The notes: generated by a model not told the origin, from the letters alone. DNA of 64,000 nt from Chrysomallon squamiferum (GCA_012295275.1 CM022672.1:30194001-30258000), one strand, 5' to 3'; shown: positions 26,475 to 40,226, counted from the first letter of the stretch. Numbers and translations: made by a program.

Positions 26475-27237
26475 GGACAATTCCCCACTCTTAATTTTTT
26501 ATAAGTGTCTTTTACATGTTTATCAGGGTATTATGTCTTTGATGCCACTTGAGAGGATGATTGTGTAACTGAACTTGATTGCACTTGGGAGGATGATCCT
26601 TGATTATACCTGGTTGATCTTTGTGCACAAAGAAGTCACAACAAGGTGGCTTATAACTATTTTCCAAATAAAAACGAAGCCATGACAAGATGGCTTCCAA
26701 TTGCACACAAGATGAGGTCTTTGTAAGGGGACCAGTATACCTGGTTCATCACTTATTACCAGATAGATATTTTTCAATACATGCTACACATATATTCAAC
26801 CATGAAGATCATCAAAAACCAACGTGGTGGTTTGAAGCTAGTACATGAAGGCTATATGTACAGTAAGAAGTACGTCTGGAGAGTCAATGGCAGCTTACTG
26901 AAAGATGAGGCCGAGGTTGCCACTCCTCTGCTACGTGACCTGCGTGGTGAGCCACACCCACAAACCTCAGTCAAAGCTGCACAAACTGTGCACTGACAGG
27001 CGTGACAACAGCAACATTGTCCCAGATACTTTTTAAGGGTATTGGCCTTTGTGTAAGATTTAAGTAAATCAAGCAGTTTTATATGTCAGTACTAATGAAA
27101 ATTATTCTTGATTAAAATTTAATAAAAAATACTAATTCTGTTCAGTACTAATGTGTGAAGTGGGGAATTGTCTGAGTGGGGAATTGACTGAGTGGGGAAT
27201 TGTCTGAGTGGGGAATTGTCTGTGTGGGGAATTGTCC
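26475..27237 (+). mobile_element. Internally deleted Mutator/MULE (FLYWCH-type, Phantom-like) DNA transposon relic
   Basis: Left GGACAATTCCCCACTC (26475) is the inverted match of five tandem 16-bp AGTGGGGAATTGTCTG units (27159-27237). Internal MKIIKNQRGGLKLVHEGYMYSKK resembles a FLYWCH N-terminus and is fused to a frameshifted transposase-like C-terminal tail (KLHKLCTDRRD...GIGLCVRFK). No DDE core is present. Confidence 0.7.
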
Positions 27238-27395
27238 GTTTAGCGATGTGTGTACCATTGTGATTCTCAAACTGTAATTACGGCGTCGTACTCTAGAATT
27301 ATAAAAACAAATACTTTCATATTATTTGTCCTTTATTAGAATTTCAACACGTAAATGAAAAAGTTATTTTACATCTAAAATAATAAAAGTTACAT

Positions 27396-27437
<42 letters not shown>

Positions 27438-27782
27438 TATGGCGAAGAGTAAGTATTTTGATCTTTCAGTAGGATGCTATGTACAATAGAATAAAAGTTA
27501 AATTTTTACTGTCTGTATTATTTCTAATCTTAACATTTTTAATAGAACTCACCGCAAAAACAAAAGCATATATACTACATATAGTTAACTGTTTACAGAA
27601 AATACAAAAAACAAAACAAAAAAGAACTAATTTTAAAAATCGTTTGCTTCCAGTTAATATGTTGAATAAATAATATGAAGTGAAAAAAAATGTATATTTT
27701 ATTCCATTTTTAAAAGGTTCTAGTAAATTAAAGAAAAACTAGTGACGGTTTTGAAATTTTGTAATTCATTTAATTTTACAAC

Positions 27783-27785
<3 letters not shown>

Positions 27786-27856
<71 letters not shown>
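27786..27856. repeat. (GA)n microsatellite
   Basis: Read directly. Confidence 0.95.
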
Positions 27857-27859
<3 letters not shown>

Positions 27860-29648
27860 TTCGTACTTATGTTTTATTTATACGTAAGTCACTTTATACG
27901 TATATGTTGCGCATTGATTATTGTTGGTAATCTGTGTATGTTAATTTTTGTTTATTTATTAGAAAAATCATTTGTTTACAACAATGTATTGTTATCGCAA
28001 TAACTAATAAATTTAGTTCACTAACATAATACAGGCTGGGAATATTATAAAGTTGCATATCCAATTTCGAAAATGAATTTCCGACTAAAAACTTCAGTTT
28101 ATTTTCTGCATTAGAACCATGATCGACATATGGCTACAAATTAACATTTTACAGAAATATAATTAACTTTAATTTACTCACGAACAGCATATAAGAGTTA
28201 TCATAGCGATTTCACATTTGAAATTAATTTTTTGAATATTCGACGGTTTTCCACTTACCTAGAAAATAGCGTATAACGCTGTTTCTATTGTTGACGTCAT
28301 ATTTATTTATAGTTATAAAGCAGACGCTCAGGAAACTACATTTCTAAGTTATTCGTTATGTTGTTTCAAAATAATTTATTACGAATATTTTATTGGAAAT
28401 TTTAATATCCATTTTATTTACAACTAAAATGTTCTTAGTTAAGAAAAGTTTTGCATACTGAACTACTGCCTTCATTTGATTTTGATGTAAATATTTATAT
28501 TAAAAAAAAAAAAAAAAAAAAAATCGGATTTCTTGGGTAAGATTTTAATTTTCATTATATATATATATATCAGTTAGGGAAGAAAGGCAAAACTAACTGG
28601 TCACTTATTACATATATTATTAATATAAATCAAGTTTGATCCCAGTTGCCTATTCCCTATCCACGCAGCCATTTTGCTGATGATAAGTGTACACATGCAT
28701 GTCTGTGTCAGTTGATGAACGACTTCAAAATAGTTTGATCGTAAATGGATATAAAAAATAACGTAGATTGTTTGTTTATATTTTACAATACTAACGCAGA
28801 TTTGGAAATGTTATAACCAGGCATTACAGAAATACAGGTAACGAAATTATCATCAAAGAAAGATGAAACTTCTGAACTAATATATTTTTAATATTAGCAT
28901 CAGTTCATACAGGGTGGTTAACTGTGGTAACTATGGAACGTACACTAAGCACTTCTTGAAAGGTGGCGCCACCGAGCACTGTCTATTAATATCGACTGGG
29001 ATTTGTTTTACCAGATTTTATTCTAACATTATCTGAAAGACTGTTAAGTGTTATCTGATTTTTGGAGTACTTGCAATACATGCTCCTTCAAAGACTTTAG
29101 CTAAAATTCTTTTAATCACCTACTGACACTCTAGCCGACAGTTCTGTCAAAATAGCCTAACCACTGGTCTACTGCTAGCTTCCTTTGATTTTGTTAAGTG
29201 TAGTGTGGCCGGTACGAAAGTTTGTCTGTTCGTGTGTGCATGAATATACAGATAGTTTATGTTTAGTTAAACATGATGACATCGTTTCTCTGCCAAGTTT
29301 GCTAGTGAATATTAACATTAAACATTCAGTTTGTAAAACACGTTTACTAGTTTATTATTAATGTTTTATACTGTAGTGTTAGTAATTATATATATCACAC
29401 TCAAAATGTTATTCAAAATGTATTAGCAATTTGGAAATCACTTATACAGTACTGGATTAGTACAGAAAGACAAAAAACAAAACAACTAAAACTAAATCAT
29501 TCTATTTTTAACTTAAATGTTAAAAGATTTCTAAAATAAATATTCTGTGTGTAAAAGAAGCTATTGACTGTTCCAGCATTTTCAAATTTATGTATTAAAA
29601 AAATAAAATAAGATGGATAAGAAAGTTTTTTTAAATTTCATTTTATTT

Positions 29649-30668
29649 TCAGCTTTTTTTCTGTTTCTTTCTGCTCAGCCCAGCAAACTGAAAGCTCTTC
29701 AGTGGATCAGCTTTTCTTTTCTGAAATATTAATCAGTTAATTAATTAGACTTATTAGAATACAACAGAGAATTTATCACATGTAAAATTTACAGTTTTCA
29801 AAATAATCATAATCACTTGTATCTTTCTAAAGCAAAATTACATTTATACCCACCATTAATAAACATATTTTTAATTTTTAAACAGATTATTTTTTTGTCT
29901 TTTAGGTGGATATTTCTTCCATTAGCATCTTAAAAAAATTGTATTTTTAAAAGTTCCTTTTATTTTTTTAATATATTTTTTCTAATAAATAAAGTTGTCA
30001 ACATCCTGTATTTATACATCTTAATATTTTGCCTTTACATCTTCAAATAAATAAAAATTATTATTATTATTATTTTTTTTTATTATTGTTTATTTGAAAA
30101 TGAAAATAAATAAATTTTGAAAATGTTAATCTATAAATTCATAATAATTTTGAGGGAACAGAATAAAAAAGCAACATTAAATGTATAGTAATTGCTAGCA
30201 ATATTTCTGGCACACATAAGATAATGTTTTGTGTGATTAGGCAACAAACAGTAGTTGAACATTTTTAGTGTCTATTCTAAAGAAAAAAAAAAGTTTCTCA
30301 TAAGTTTGGTTAAGTTTTTTTTTATGTGTTTAGAGATGTACACTGATAAATACTTTGTACTGGTTGTGTCCCCTGGTGTCACCATGGTGATGCTGAGGTC
30401 TGTGTCGTCTCACTTGATAGAGACTTTTTAAAGTTTCTGGGACTGAAAAAGAAAACGTATATGACTATAATATTACTCACATTCTATGTGGCTGGCTATT
30501 TAAAAGCAGATATCATAATTATTTAGCAGTAAATTAAAACGGTTATATATGGCTGAATTAAAGTTGATGTCACAGTAAAATTAAAACTGAGTGAAAACAC
30601 ATGACACAGTCATGAAGAAAAATAAATAAATAAATAGTTTAACCCTTTGTACCCAAGAGATTATAATT

Positions 30669-30725
<57 letters not shown>

Positions 30726-33700
30726 TGTAACAACATCTATACTTGAGCAGTTATCAGAAGCATCATCATATTATATTCATATGTTAGCTTTATTAATAAT
30801 CCCATGCTCATTAGCTATTCAGCCAGTCAGCTTGTAGCTTACATATGTCTTAGGTTCAGTGTTATTTTTACCCTTTCTATTGGGTCCCTGAGCTCAGGGT
30901 TGTAATGCTTAGTGGCAATCTTGAATGATTTTGTGTACATAATAACACAGTAGTATACGAGGAGATAGTTCAAAACTACAAAGAACTCACTGAGGTAGTC
31001 AGGTATATGTTGGAGATGGTCTTGTTTCTTGTACATAATAACACAGTAGTTTACACAGAGATAGTTCAGAACTACAAAGAACTCACTGAGGTAGTCAGGT
31101 ATGTGTTGGAGATGGTCTTGTTTCTTGTACATAATAACACAGTAGTTTACACAGAGATAGTTCAGAACTACAAAGAACTCACCCAGGTAGTCAGGTATGT
31201 GTTGGAGATGGTCTTGTTTCTTGTACATAATAACACAGTAGTTTACACAGAGATAGTTCAGAACTACAAAGAACTCACTGAGGTAGTCAGGTATGTGTTG
31301 GAGATGGTCTTGTTTCTTGTACATAATAACACAGTAGTTTACACAGAGATAGTTCAGAACTACAAAGAACTCACTGAGGTAGTCAGGTATGTGTTGGAGA
31401 TGGTCTTGTTTCTTGTACATAATAACACAGTAGTTTACACAGAGATAGTTCAGAACTACAAAGAACTCACCCAGGTAGTCAGGTACGTGTTGGAGATGGT
31501 CTTGTTTCTTGTACGTCCGCAGTTTCTTGTCGTGTCGAAGAATCTGCAAATCTCTGGGATTGTCCACAAAGTGAGCCTAAACTCACCAGAAGAATAAAAA
31601 CATGAATCTTTCTTACCAGTAGTATAAAATGTTTATCAGTTAACTTTAATAATGAATGATGAAGAACAACATTTAGTAATACATATTTTATTTTACTATT
31701 TTTCAAAGACACAAGAGTCTTGTTTTTTGAGGTAATGTTTAGTTTTAATTTCTTATTTATATAAAGTTAGTATTATTACTGTCACTGACTAACTTCTTTT
31801 TCACTTATTTTTTAAATGTAATTTGTATTCCTTTTAGTCCTACAAGCACTATTTTGAATATGAATGTAAATTACTTATCAATTTTCTTTTTAAGTCTGTG
31901 TACTAATGTGTTTCATATTTTTAGTAAGCCTAATTGGACTGGATAAAAATATTATTTCATGTAAATAATGTATTATATCATGTTTTATTGTCATGTGACA
32001 CTTCAGTAGGCAATACATTTTTGATATTTCAGTATAAACTATTCATCAGTAATTTTCTCATAAATTTAACAAAATGAAAATTAAAAATAATGAATATATT
32101 AAATGAATATAGCAATAAAGAAAAACAGTAATTGTAATAATTTTATTTTATTTTTAAAACTGATATTTTGTGGGTGTAACATTGTTCTGTGTGTTCTACG
32201 CATGTTATGTTTTCATGGGCTACTGTTTTATTTGCAAGTTTGTCCATCTGTATCTAGTGTGTGGGTGAAACATTGCTAAATTTGGATTAATCACAAAATT
32301 AATTTTTACTTTAATATTCTTCAAAGTAATATTTTAATAAATACATAAAATAAATAAATAAATAAATAAAAGTGACTTACTTTTAGTTTTTTAGAGGAAA
32401 GTAATTCTTGTCTGATTTCCTTCATTCTTGCTTCGCGTATTGCTGTTCTCGTTACAGCCTGCATAGCATCCTGTAAACAAACGAAATCATTTTTCATTTT
32501 TATCATTTTTTATTGGATATCAAACATTTGTTGATTCTGATACACATCTTAGAACATATAGTTAAAAAGAAAATTGATAGATATTTATAATCATATATAA
32601 AACAGTGATTATAAGAATAAAATGAACACAAACTTTATAAAAATAGTGAAAAAAGGTAGTCACTGGCAATAATTATACTTTGAGTTTCAGAAGAAACCAT
32701 GACACAGTCAAACTTTCTTTCTTTCTTTTTTTTTATAATATTTATATACACACATATATAATTTTTTTGTATCCAGGCAACAGCATATTGAGACTTTTGT
32801 TCACAAATTGTTGTAAAAACATAGACAATTCTTATCACTTTGCTTGCATTTATGTGGTATATTGTGAATCAGTTTGATGTATCAAACATTGTAAACAAAC
32901 CCTAGCTCTGTATTTGAAGCCTTGAATTTCATCCATCTTGAATTGATAGGGTCGAAATACTGAAGAATCTTCACCTGAGTAAAAGGAAACAACACAAGGA
33001 AGAAAAAATAACTGAATTTATGAAGAAAGAAAGGGAATAAAAAGAAAGAAAGAGAAATGAAGAGATAAAGGAAAACTGAGATGCAGGTCATGCTATCTTA
33101 TGTTTGATTATAATTAACTTATTGGAACATATTCAAATTTTTTTCAATTTTTATTTAAAAAAAATAATAAAATAAAATAAAATTCACAAACAACTTTTAA
33201 TGTGTTAAAAATGAGATTTATAAATAAATTTGTAATTAAAATTAAAACAAAAAATGTTTCTTGTGTCCTTCAAACTGATTATGGCCTTAAGTCTCTAAAA
33301 TTGTTTTAATTAATTATATCCTAAATAAATACAAAAACTGCTGTATAAATGCATTCTTAAATAAAATTAACAAATTGTTTCTTGTATATTTCAAAGTGAT
33401 TATGAATTAATGTCTATAAAATTTTTATAAAATTAATTTATTCATAATTGAAATTAACAACTGTGATGTAAGTCAGTTATTACTATTTAAAATTAACAAT
33501 TTACCTGTTGAATCTTTCAACTTGTCCTCTACATTCTGTAACATCTGCATTTCGTTCACATTAACAAATGAAAGAGCTGTTCCTTGGTTGTCTCCCCTAG
33601 CAGTTCTATAATAATAATTTTAATTATTTAATTAATTTAAAAAATTAAATAATTAAAATAAGTATAATAGTAATATAATTAATACTTTCTAATTAGTGCC

Positions 33701-35534
33701 ATTATTTATCTAAATTTATTGCATTTTTTATTTTATTTTATTAACTGATTTTGTAAATGTGTGTACACAGCAGATTTACTAACATACTAACCTGCCAACT
33801 CTGTGAATGTAAGCATCGACAGATTTTGGAAAGTCAAAGTTGATAATGTTCGACACATTCTGAAAATCAATTCCTCTAGAAACACCAAACTCAGAATCCT
33901 TTTTTCTCTGTCTGTTAAAACATAAAAAAACAAAAAATACATTAATAAATTATGAATTTTGAAAGAGTAGTTATAATTAAAGATTTTGTTTTATGTATTA
34001 TATATCATACATATATATAGACAGATAGATATAGATATCGATATAGATATGGTCATTTAAAATCTTCCAGTGGTATACTTTTTGTATAGTAACTTTCATG
34101 TGGGCCTCAAATCTTTGGATACGGGTTACCCGAAATTTTACACACACAGAAGGCAAATACAAACTTTTAATACAATTTTTTTAATCAATGAACAACACAC
34201 CTCAAATCACACAACATGCAAAATAAACAAATAGTTTCTCTTGCATTGTTTAAATCTGGGACATTCTTACTTTGAGTGTTTTTCTTTTGGGTTTTCTTTA
34301 CAGTCATAGAATAAAGTTTCAAATTGTATCAATGGACATATTTAATTCTGTGTTGAACTAAAGAAAGAAATTCTTACTTTTTGGGTTTTTCTTTTGGTTT
34401 CTCTTTAGGATCACAGAGTAAAGTTTCGTCTGATGCTATGATGTAGTCGTAGAGTCCATCGTTAAACTGCTCAACGATGTGACACCTGAAAAATAACAAC
34501 ACAGATAATGACTCTCTTTGTGTCTGTATGTCTATAGATCTGTTATTGTGAATATATGTAAGTTTGCATGTCTGCAGTAACATTTGTTTCTCTGTATGTG
34601 TGTGTGTGTGTGCATCTGCCTGTTTCTCTGTGCATTAGATTATATCTGCATAGGTGCATCTTTCAGCAAATAATATACATTAATCAGTGTCAACAATGAG
34701 AGCTAGGTAACACAACATTATTAATACATACACTATTATTTGTTTGTCTGTATACAGAATCATGTAGCAATGTTTTGGATAGACTGCAGATGACAATAAA
34801 TTATTAAAGATAACCTAAACTGTTGTTGAAAAAAGGACTACATAAATAACATTAAGACAAATATACACTACCTGCTCATCTCTGTACATAGAAAGAGAGA
34901 ATAATGGTACTACGTTTTGGGTAAATGATTTATTATTAATATTTCGCTGGAAATACAGAAGGAAATTTTAATACCCATTTTACTATGCTACAACTAAAAT
35001 TTTCTTTGTAATGAAAATTGGTTTTGTAATTAAAAGCTAACCTGGAGTTGACTGGAAGTTCTGAGTTTAGAACACAGGATGGTATTCCAAACTGTTCTAT
35101 AAACAACTTCAATCTGAAACATAACAAATGTTTTATTTGCCTTCATCACTGTGCGATAAAAATAAACAATAATATTAATTATAATGTAACACCAATAACA
35201 ATAATAGTAACAACAACAACAGTAATAATAACAACATTGTTGTTCTTGATTTTTAATTCCCTGTAAGATAATATTACAAAAACAAAAAGAAATAAGATGT
35301 AGTGCTGCTTTATTTTCTTGTAGCCTATATTTACCCATAATATGAAATATGATACAACTTGGCAATAGCACATATACATACAGAAATATGTACATATGTA
35401 CATATGTACATACATATATGCATGCATACATTACTTACTTTATCAACATTATATATATTACACACACATTACATTACATACATGCATATGTACATTCATA
35501 CATATAATGATATACACATACATCTATCCAACCA

Positions 35535-35568
<34 letters not shown>

Positions 35569-38500
35569 TAATATAAATAAATACATACATACACATCATC
35601 TTACACTATATCACATATATAAAAGCAACTATATTACAGATGAATAATTAAACGTGAAGAGTGATTACTTGTAACACTTGTCCACTGAGTTGACAAACAG
35701 GATTGTTTTCCCTCGAATGAGATGAAGTTTCAGCAGAGCAGCCAACAGAGCAAACTTGTCAACATCCTCGCATCTGAAAATAAAAATCAGTCCTAAAATA
35801 GTAAAATAGTTACATTTTGTGCTTCAAAAATGAAACGGTACAATAAAAAAGTACTAAATATATTCAACTTAAATCCAATAAGAATAATCTTGCTAATAAT
35901 AATAATGAACACAAACATACACACACATACAGGTTACGTAACTTTTTTTATATGGTACTGGTTAAAGTGACTTACTGTATGTGATACTAGTTAAACTGAC
36001 TTTATGTGATGTTGGTTACATGGCTTACTTTATGTGATGTTGGTTACATGGCTTACTTTATGTGGTATTGGGTACATGACTTATTTTATGTGGTATTGGA
36101 TACATGACTTACTTTATGTGGTACTGGGTACATGACTTATTTTATGTGATACTAGTTAAACTGACTTTATGTGATGTTGGTTACATGGCTTACTTTATGT
36201 GATATTGGGTACATGACTTATTTTATGTGGTACTGGGTACATGACTTATTTTATGTGGTATTGGGTACATGACTTATTTTATGTGGTATTGGGTACATGA
36301 CTTACTTTATGTGGTACTGGGTACATGACTTATTTTATGTGGTATTGGATACATGACTTATTTTATGTGGTACTGGGTACATGACTTATTTTATGTGGTA
36401 TTGGATATATGACTTACTTTATGTGGTATTGGATACATGACTTATTTTATGTGGTATTGGGAACATGACTTATTTTATGTGGTATTGGATATATGACTTA
36501 CTTTATGTGGTATTGGGTAAGCTGTGATGACTCTGGTAACTGTGATTCTTCTAATTTCAGAATCACCTGAATTATAAAATAAAATAAAATAAAATAAAAT
36601 GAAATAAATTAAAATAAAAGAAAAGAAAAGAAAAGACAATAAAAGAAAAGAAAAGAAAAGAAAAGAAAAAAAAAGAAACAAAACAAAACAAAGCAAAAAT
36701 AAATAAAATGTTGATTTTATGCAGATATTATTAATCTTATGAAATATTGCAGACAGCTAAATCATATTGTGGTAACATGAACTTAAGTTTCATGTTGTTA
36801 ATCTTATATGTGGAACCAGTAAGTTGAATGGCACAGTTTCATTATAATGACAAAGTTAAGCCCTGTCAAGCTATGGACATTTTGTGTTACAACAAGTTAG
36901 CTAATACAATCAAGACAGCTGGATCATATTGTGATAATTCTGGAGTGACATCAATCTAAGTTAGGACACAACATACGAAATGTCCAATTTAATACAGTCA
37001 CCATTTTTATGAATTGTAAAATCTGATGTTATAACAAGTTAACCAGTAAAGTTCGTTTTTTATATTAAGACTTGCACTCATTTATGTCCCCCACATTATA
37101 ATTAGTAATCTCATGAAACAAATAAAGTCAATTATTTTGTAAAAGGTCACCAACCCAACAGTGTTTATATATTCTGGGGCTGATACTGATCATTAACAAC
37201 AAAAACAGTAGTTGTAGAACCAGTGAAAAAACTTGACTGATTATGTACTCCCTAATATTTTTATTTTATGAATATGCAGCTAGATTTCTTATATATGAGT
37301 ATACATACTGTCTGTCATTTTGCAAGCTAGCAAAACATGTATATATATATATGTAAATAAATACAAACTTCAAAGCATTGCCAATAAATATTTATATCCA
37401 ACTAATTTGTACATTCTTGAAATATATTTTAAAAATATTAATTTTTTGGTTTTTAAACACAATTTAAAAAAATTAAAGATAGTTTGCTTTTTGGATAACA
37501 ATGAGCAAGAGATAACAGAAAATATTTTAAAAATTGATGAGAAAATAAAATTATAAAAAAAGCTCTTAACACTTACAGCATTGTGAAGAACCATTTTTTT
37601 CAAAGCTTTCACATCAGAACTCATTGTGGCTGACATCATGCAGGCCTGATAGATTTTTGGTAAGTGACTGCAAAAAAATAAAAACAATAAATCAAAAATC
37701 AACAACAAAAAAAAACTCCAAAAATACCAGAAAAATATTTGATGTAGTATCTCAGTCTTCATAATTATGAGTAAATTATTTTACTTAAAGAAAAGGGTCA
37801 TTTGCCTATGCAGCAATTGAGTATTAAAACAAATTAATAAGTTTTTGATGTCAAAAGGTAACCGAGAGACAAATATATGCCCTAATTTAATAAAAAATAA
37901 AACAATTGTTCTTATATTTCTGTTTAGAACCCAACCCCCAAAAAATAAAAAATAAATAAAAACACTACAGCATTGAAAAGTTTAGTTTTTAATCATACAT
38001 TAAATACACTTAATCATTAAAAGATTTTTTAATACTTTTGTCATTGTAAATATTGACATCTGGTTAGGTTAAATTAGTCCACACTTTACTGTTTTCAAAT
38101 TACTGAAATAGCAATATTATAAAATGTTTTTTTTATTTATTTCAGCCTTTGTCATAAACATTATAAATTATGCATGCAGCATATAAAGCAAAAATGTTAT
38201 AAATAAATAAATAAACAAATGAATAAACAAATAAAATAAATAAATAAATACAATAAATTATATATAATAATAAATAAATATGGATTATAATGTGTGCATG
38301 TGATATTATCAACATACAGGCTTCTTTCTTTATTATTTTTTAACTAATGTTTATTACTTACTTGAGTAACTGTCTGACATCATCTTCGTAGCCATACGAG
38401 AAAACCAAATCTGCCTCGTCTATGACGAGGTATTCCAGTGAGTCTTTCAAAGACAGGTTTTCTGCGACAATGTGGGCTCTGATACGACTGGGAGTTCCTA

Positions 38501-40193
38501 CCACAATGTCTGGTTTCTCCATCAGAAGAGGTCTGGAAAACAACAACAAAAAGTATATTTACTGAGGTACTCAATACACTTTTAATCTACAGATACAAAA
38601 TCATACATTACAATCACAGAGAAGAATGTGAGTGATGAAACATATTGCATTTTGACAGAGGCTACTATTTCTGAGTTTGTGGTAAATGAACTTTCTATTT
38701 AACAAAACGTACATATAATAACATTTGTAAGCCATGATTACAACGATCCTATCCATTGTTAAGAACCATATAAATGTCAAAAAGAAATCTGCTGGTGCTG
38801 TTTTTGAGTTAAATCAACTTCCAAAGTTAAGAAAAACACATACAATCACATTTTTAAACTGTGGTTATTAAATAACTTATCTATAATTAATCATTAAGGA
38901 TCCATAAATGTAAAAAGAAATCTGCTCAAGCCACATGATAGGCTGTTACTTCCAATGCAAAGAAAAACAGATATAAGATATAATGTCATTTTTAAGCTAT
39001 GTTTATAAGACAACATATCTGTTGTTAAGATCCATATATCTGAAATCTGCATGATTAGTCTGTCCTTTTTTAAGTTAAATTTTCTTTTATTCTATTCCAT
39101 CAACAAGAAATGAAATTATATACCATTACATTTTTTTTTAACTTTGATTCTTAAGTAACATAAAATTGAGAGATAAAATATGCTGACTTTACATGACAAT
39201 TAGCAGTAAGGAATCTTTCAACTCCACCTTCCCTTCTTTCTCATGATCCAGTCATGGGGTACTGGCAGAAACGGGAAATACCCCAGTTGATAAGCTGAGA
39301 TGAACTGACCAACCACAGCTGACAAGATAATCACTGACCCACATAAAGTTACCCCCATAACAATCTATATACAGATTATATATAATGATAGGTTATCTTT
39401 AAGAAAGAACATATTTTAGTTTTACAAAAAACTATATTTATATATAAAAATAATAATAATAATATTTCAAAAATTAAAAACATTTTAAAGTTTTAAAAAT
39501 TATTAAAAAAAAGTCTTCATATGAGCAGACTACCTTTGTGAGGGGAGGGGTGCTTGAGGTGAAATGTCAACACATCGAACGTCTCTTGAACACGAAGAAG
39601 TAAGTTCCTATAATAATAAAAAAATAAAATAAATAAACATCAACAGTATATTAAAGTACTACAGATTCAGTACAATGAAAACAAAAAAATTATGGGTATA
39701 CAGATTCTTAAATTATATAAAAAAATTAATTAACTATAAATAGCTCTAAACTGACATTTAATTAATATGAAACTTTAACTTTTAATATATTATCTATTTA
39801 TCATATATTTACAAAGCTTAGTTTTATTAATAACAAAACATAAATAAAAACAACTTATTTTAGATTAGCAGAAAGAAAGAATTTAACAAATAAATAAATA
39901 AATCTAAATGTTCAGCACTATATTTGTCTTACCAGTATATTCTTATATGCCTGATTGCAAAGTTCTTTGGATGGAGTGAGGATGAGGGCTTTTACACACT
40001 GCTCTTTTGCTGTCTACAAGAAAATATAAACAATTTTGTATATCAGCTACAAAACTGGCATTAAAACAATTTCAATAACTATTCATAGGGCTATTAATAA
40101 TATTAGTTTTAATATACTCATTTCTAGACAACAAAAAAAGAGAGAAACAGAAAAAAGGGACAAAACAGCCTGAAGTAATGTGTTTTTTATATA

Positions 40194-40226
<33 letters not shown>

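Noticed and set aside
28798-28810. 13-nt identity (AGATTTGGAAATG) with the PBDC1 exon at ~43804
   Set aside because: The match does not extend and is expected by chance in AT-rich DNA.
30745-30775. Possible box C/D snoRNA in a DDX56 intron (minus-strand ATGATGA..CTGA)
   Set aside because: The boxes are only a few nucleotides apart with no terminal stem; no tRNA, rRNA or snoRNA could be supported anywhere in the window.
31007-31597. 196-aa plus-strand repetitive ORF
   Set aside because: It is the antisense reading of the 96-bp array; it is open only because the unit lacks stops in that frame.
35940-36518. CRISPR-like appearance of the short repeat array
   Set aside because: Units are contiguous with no unique spacers, there are no cas genes, and the context is a eukaryotic intron.
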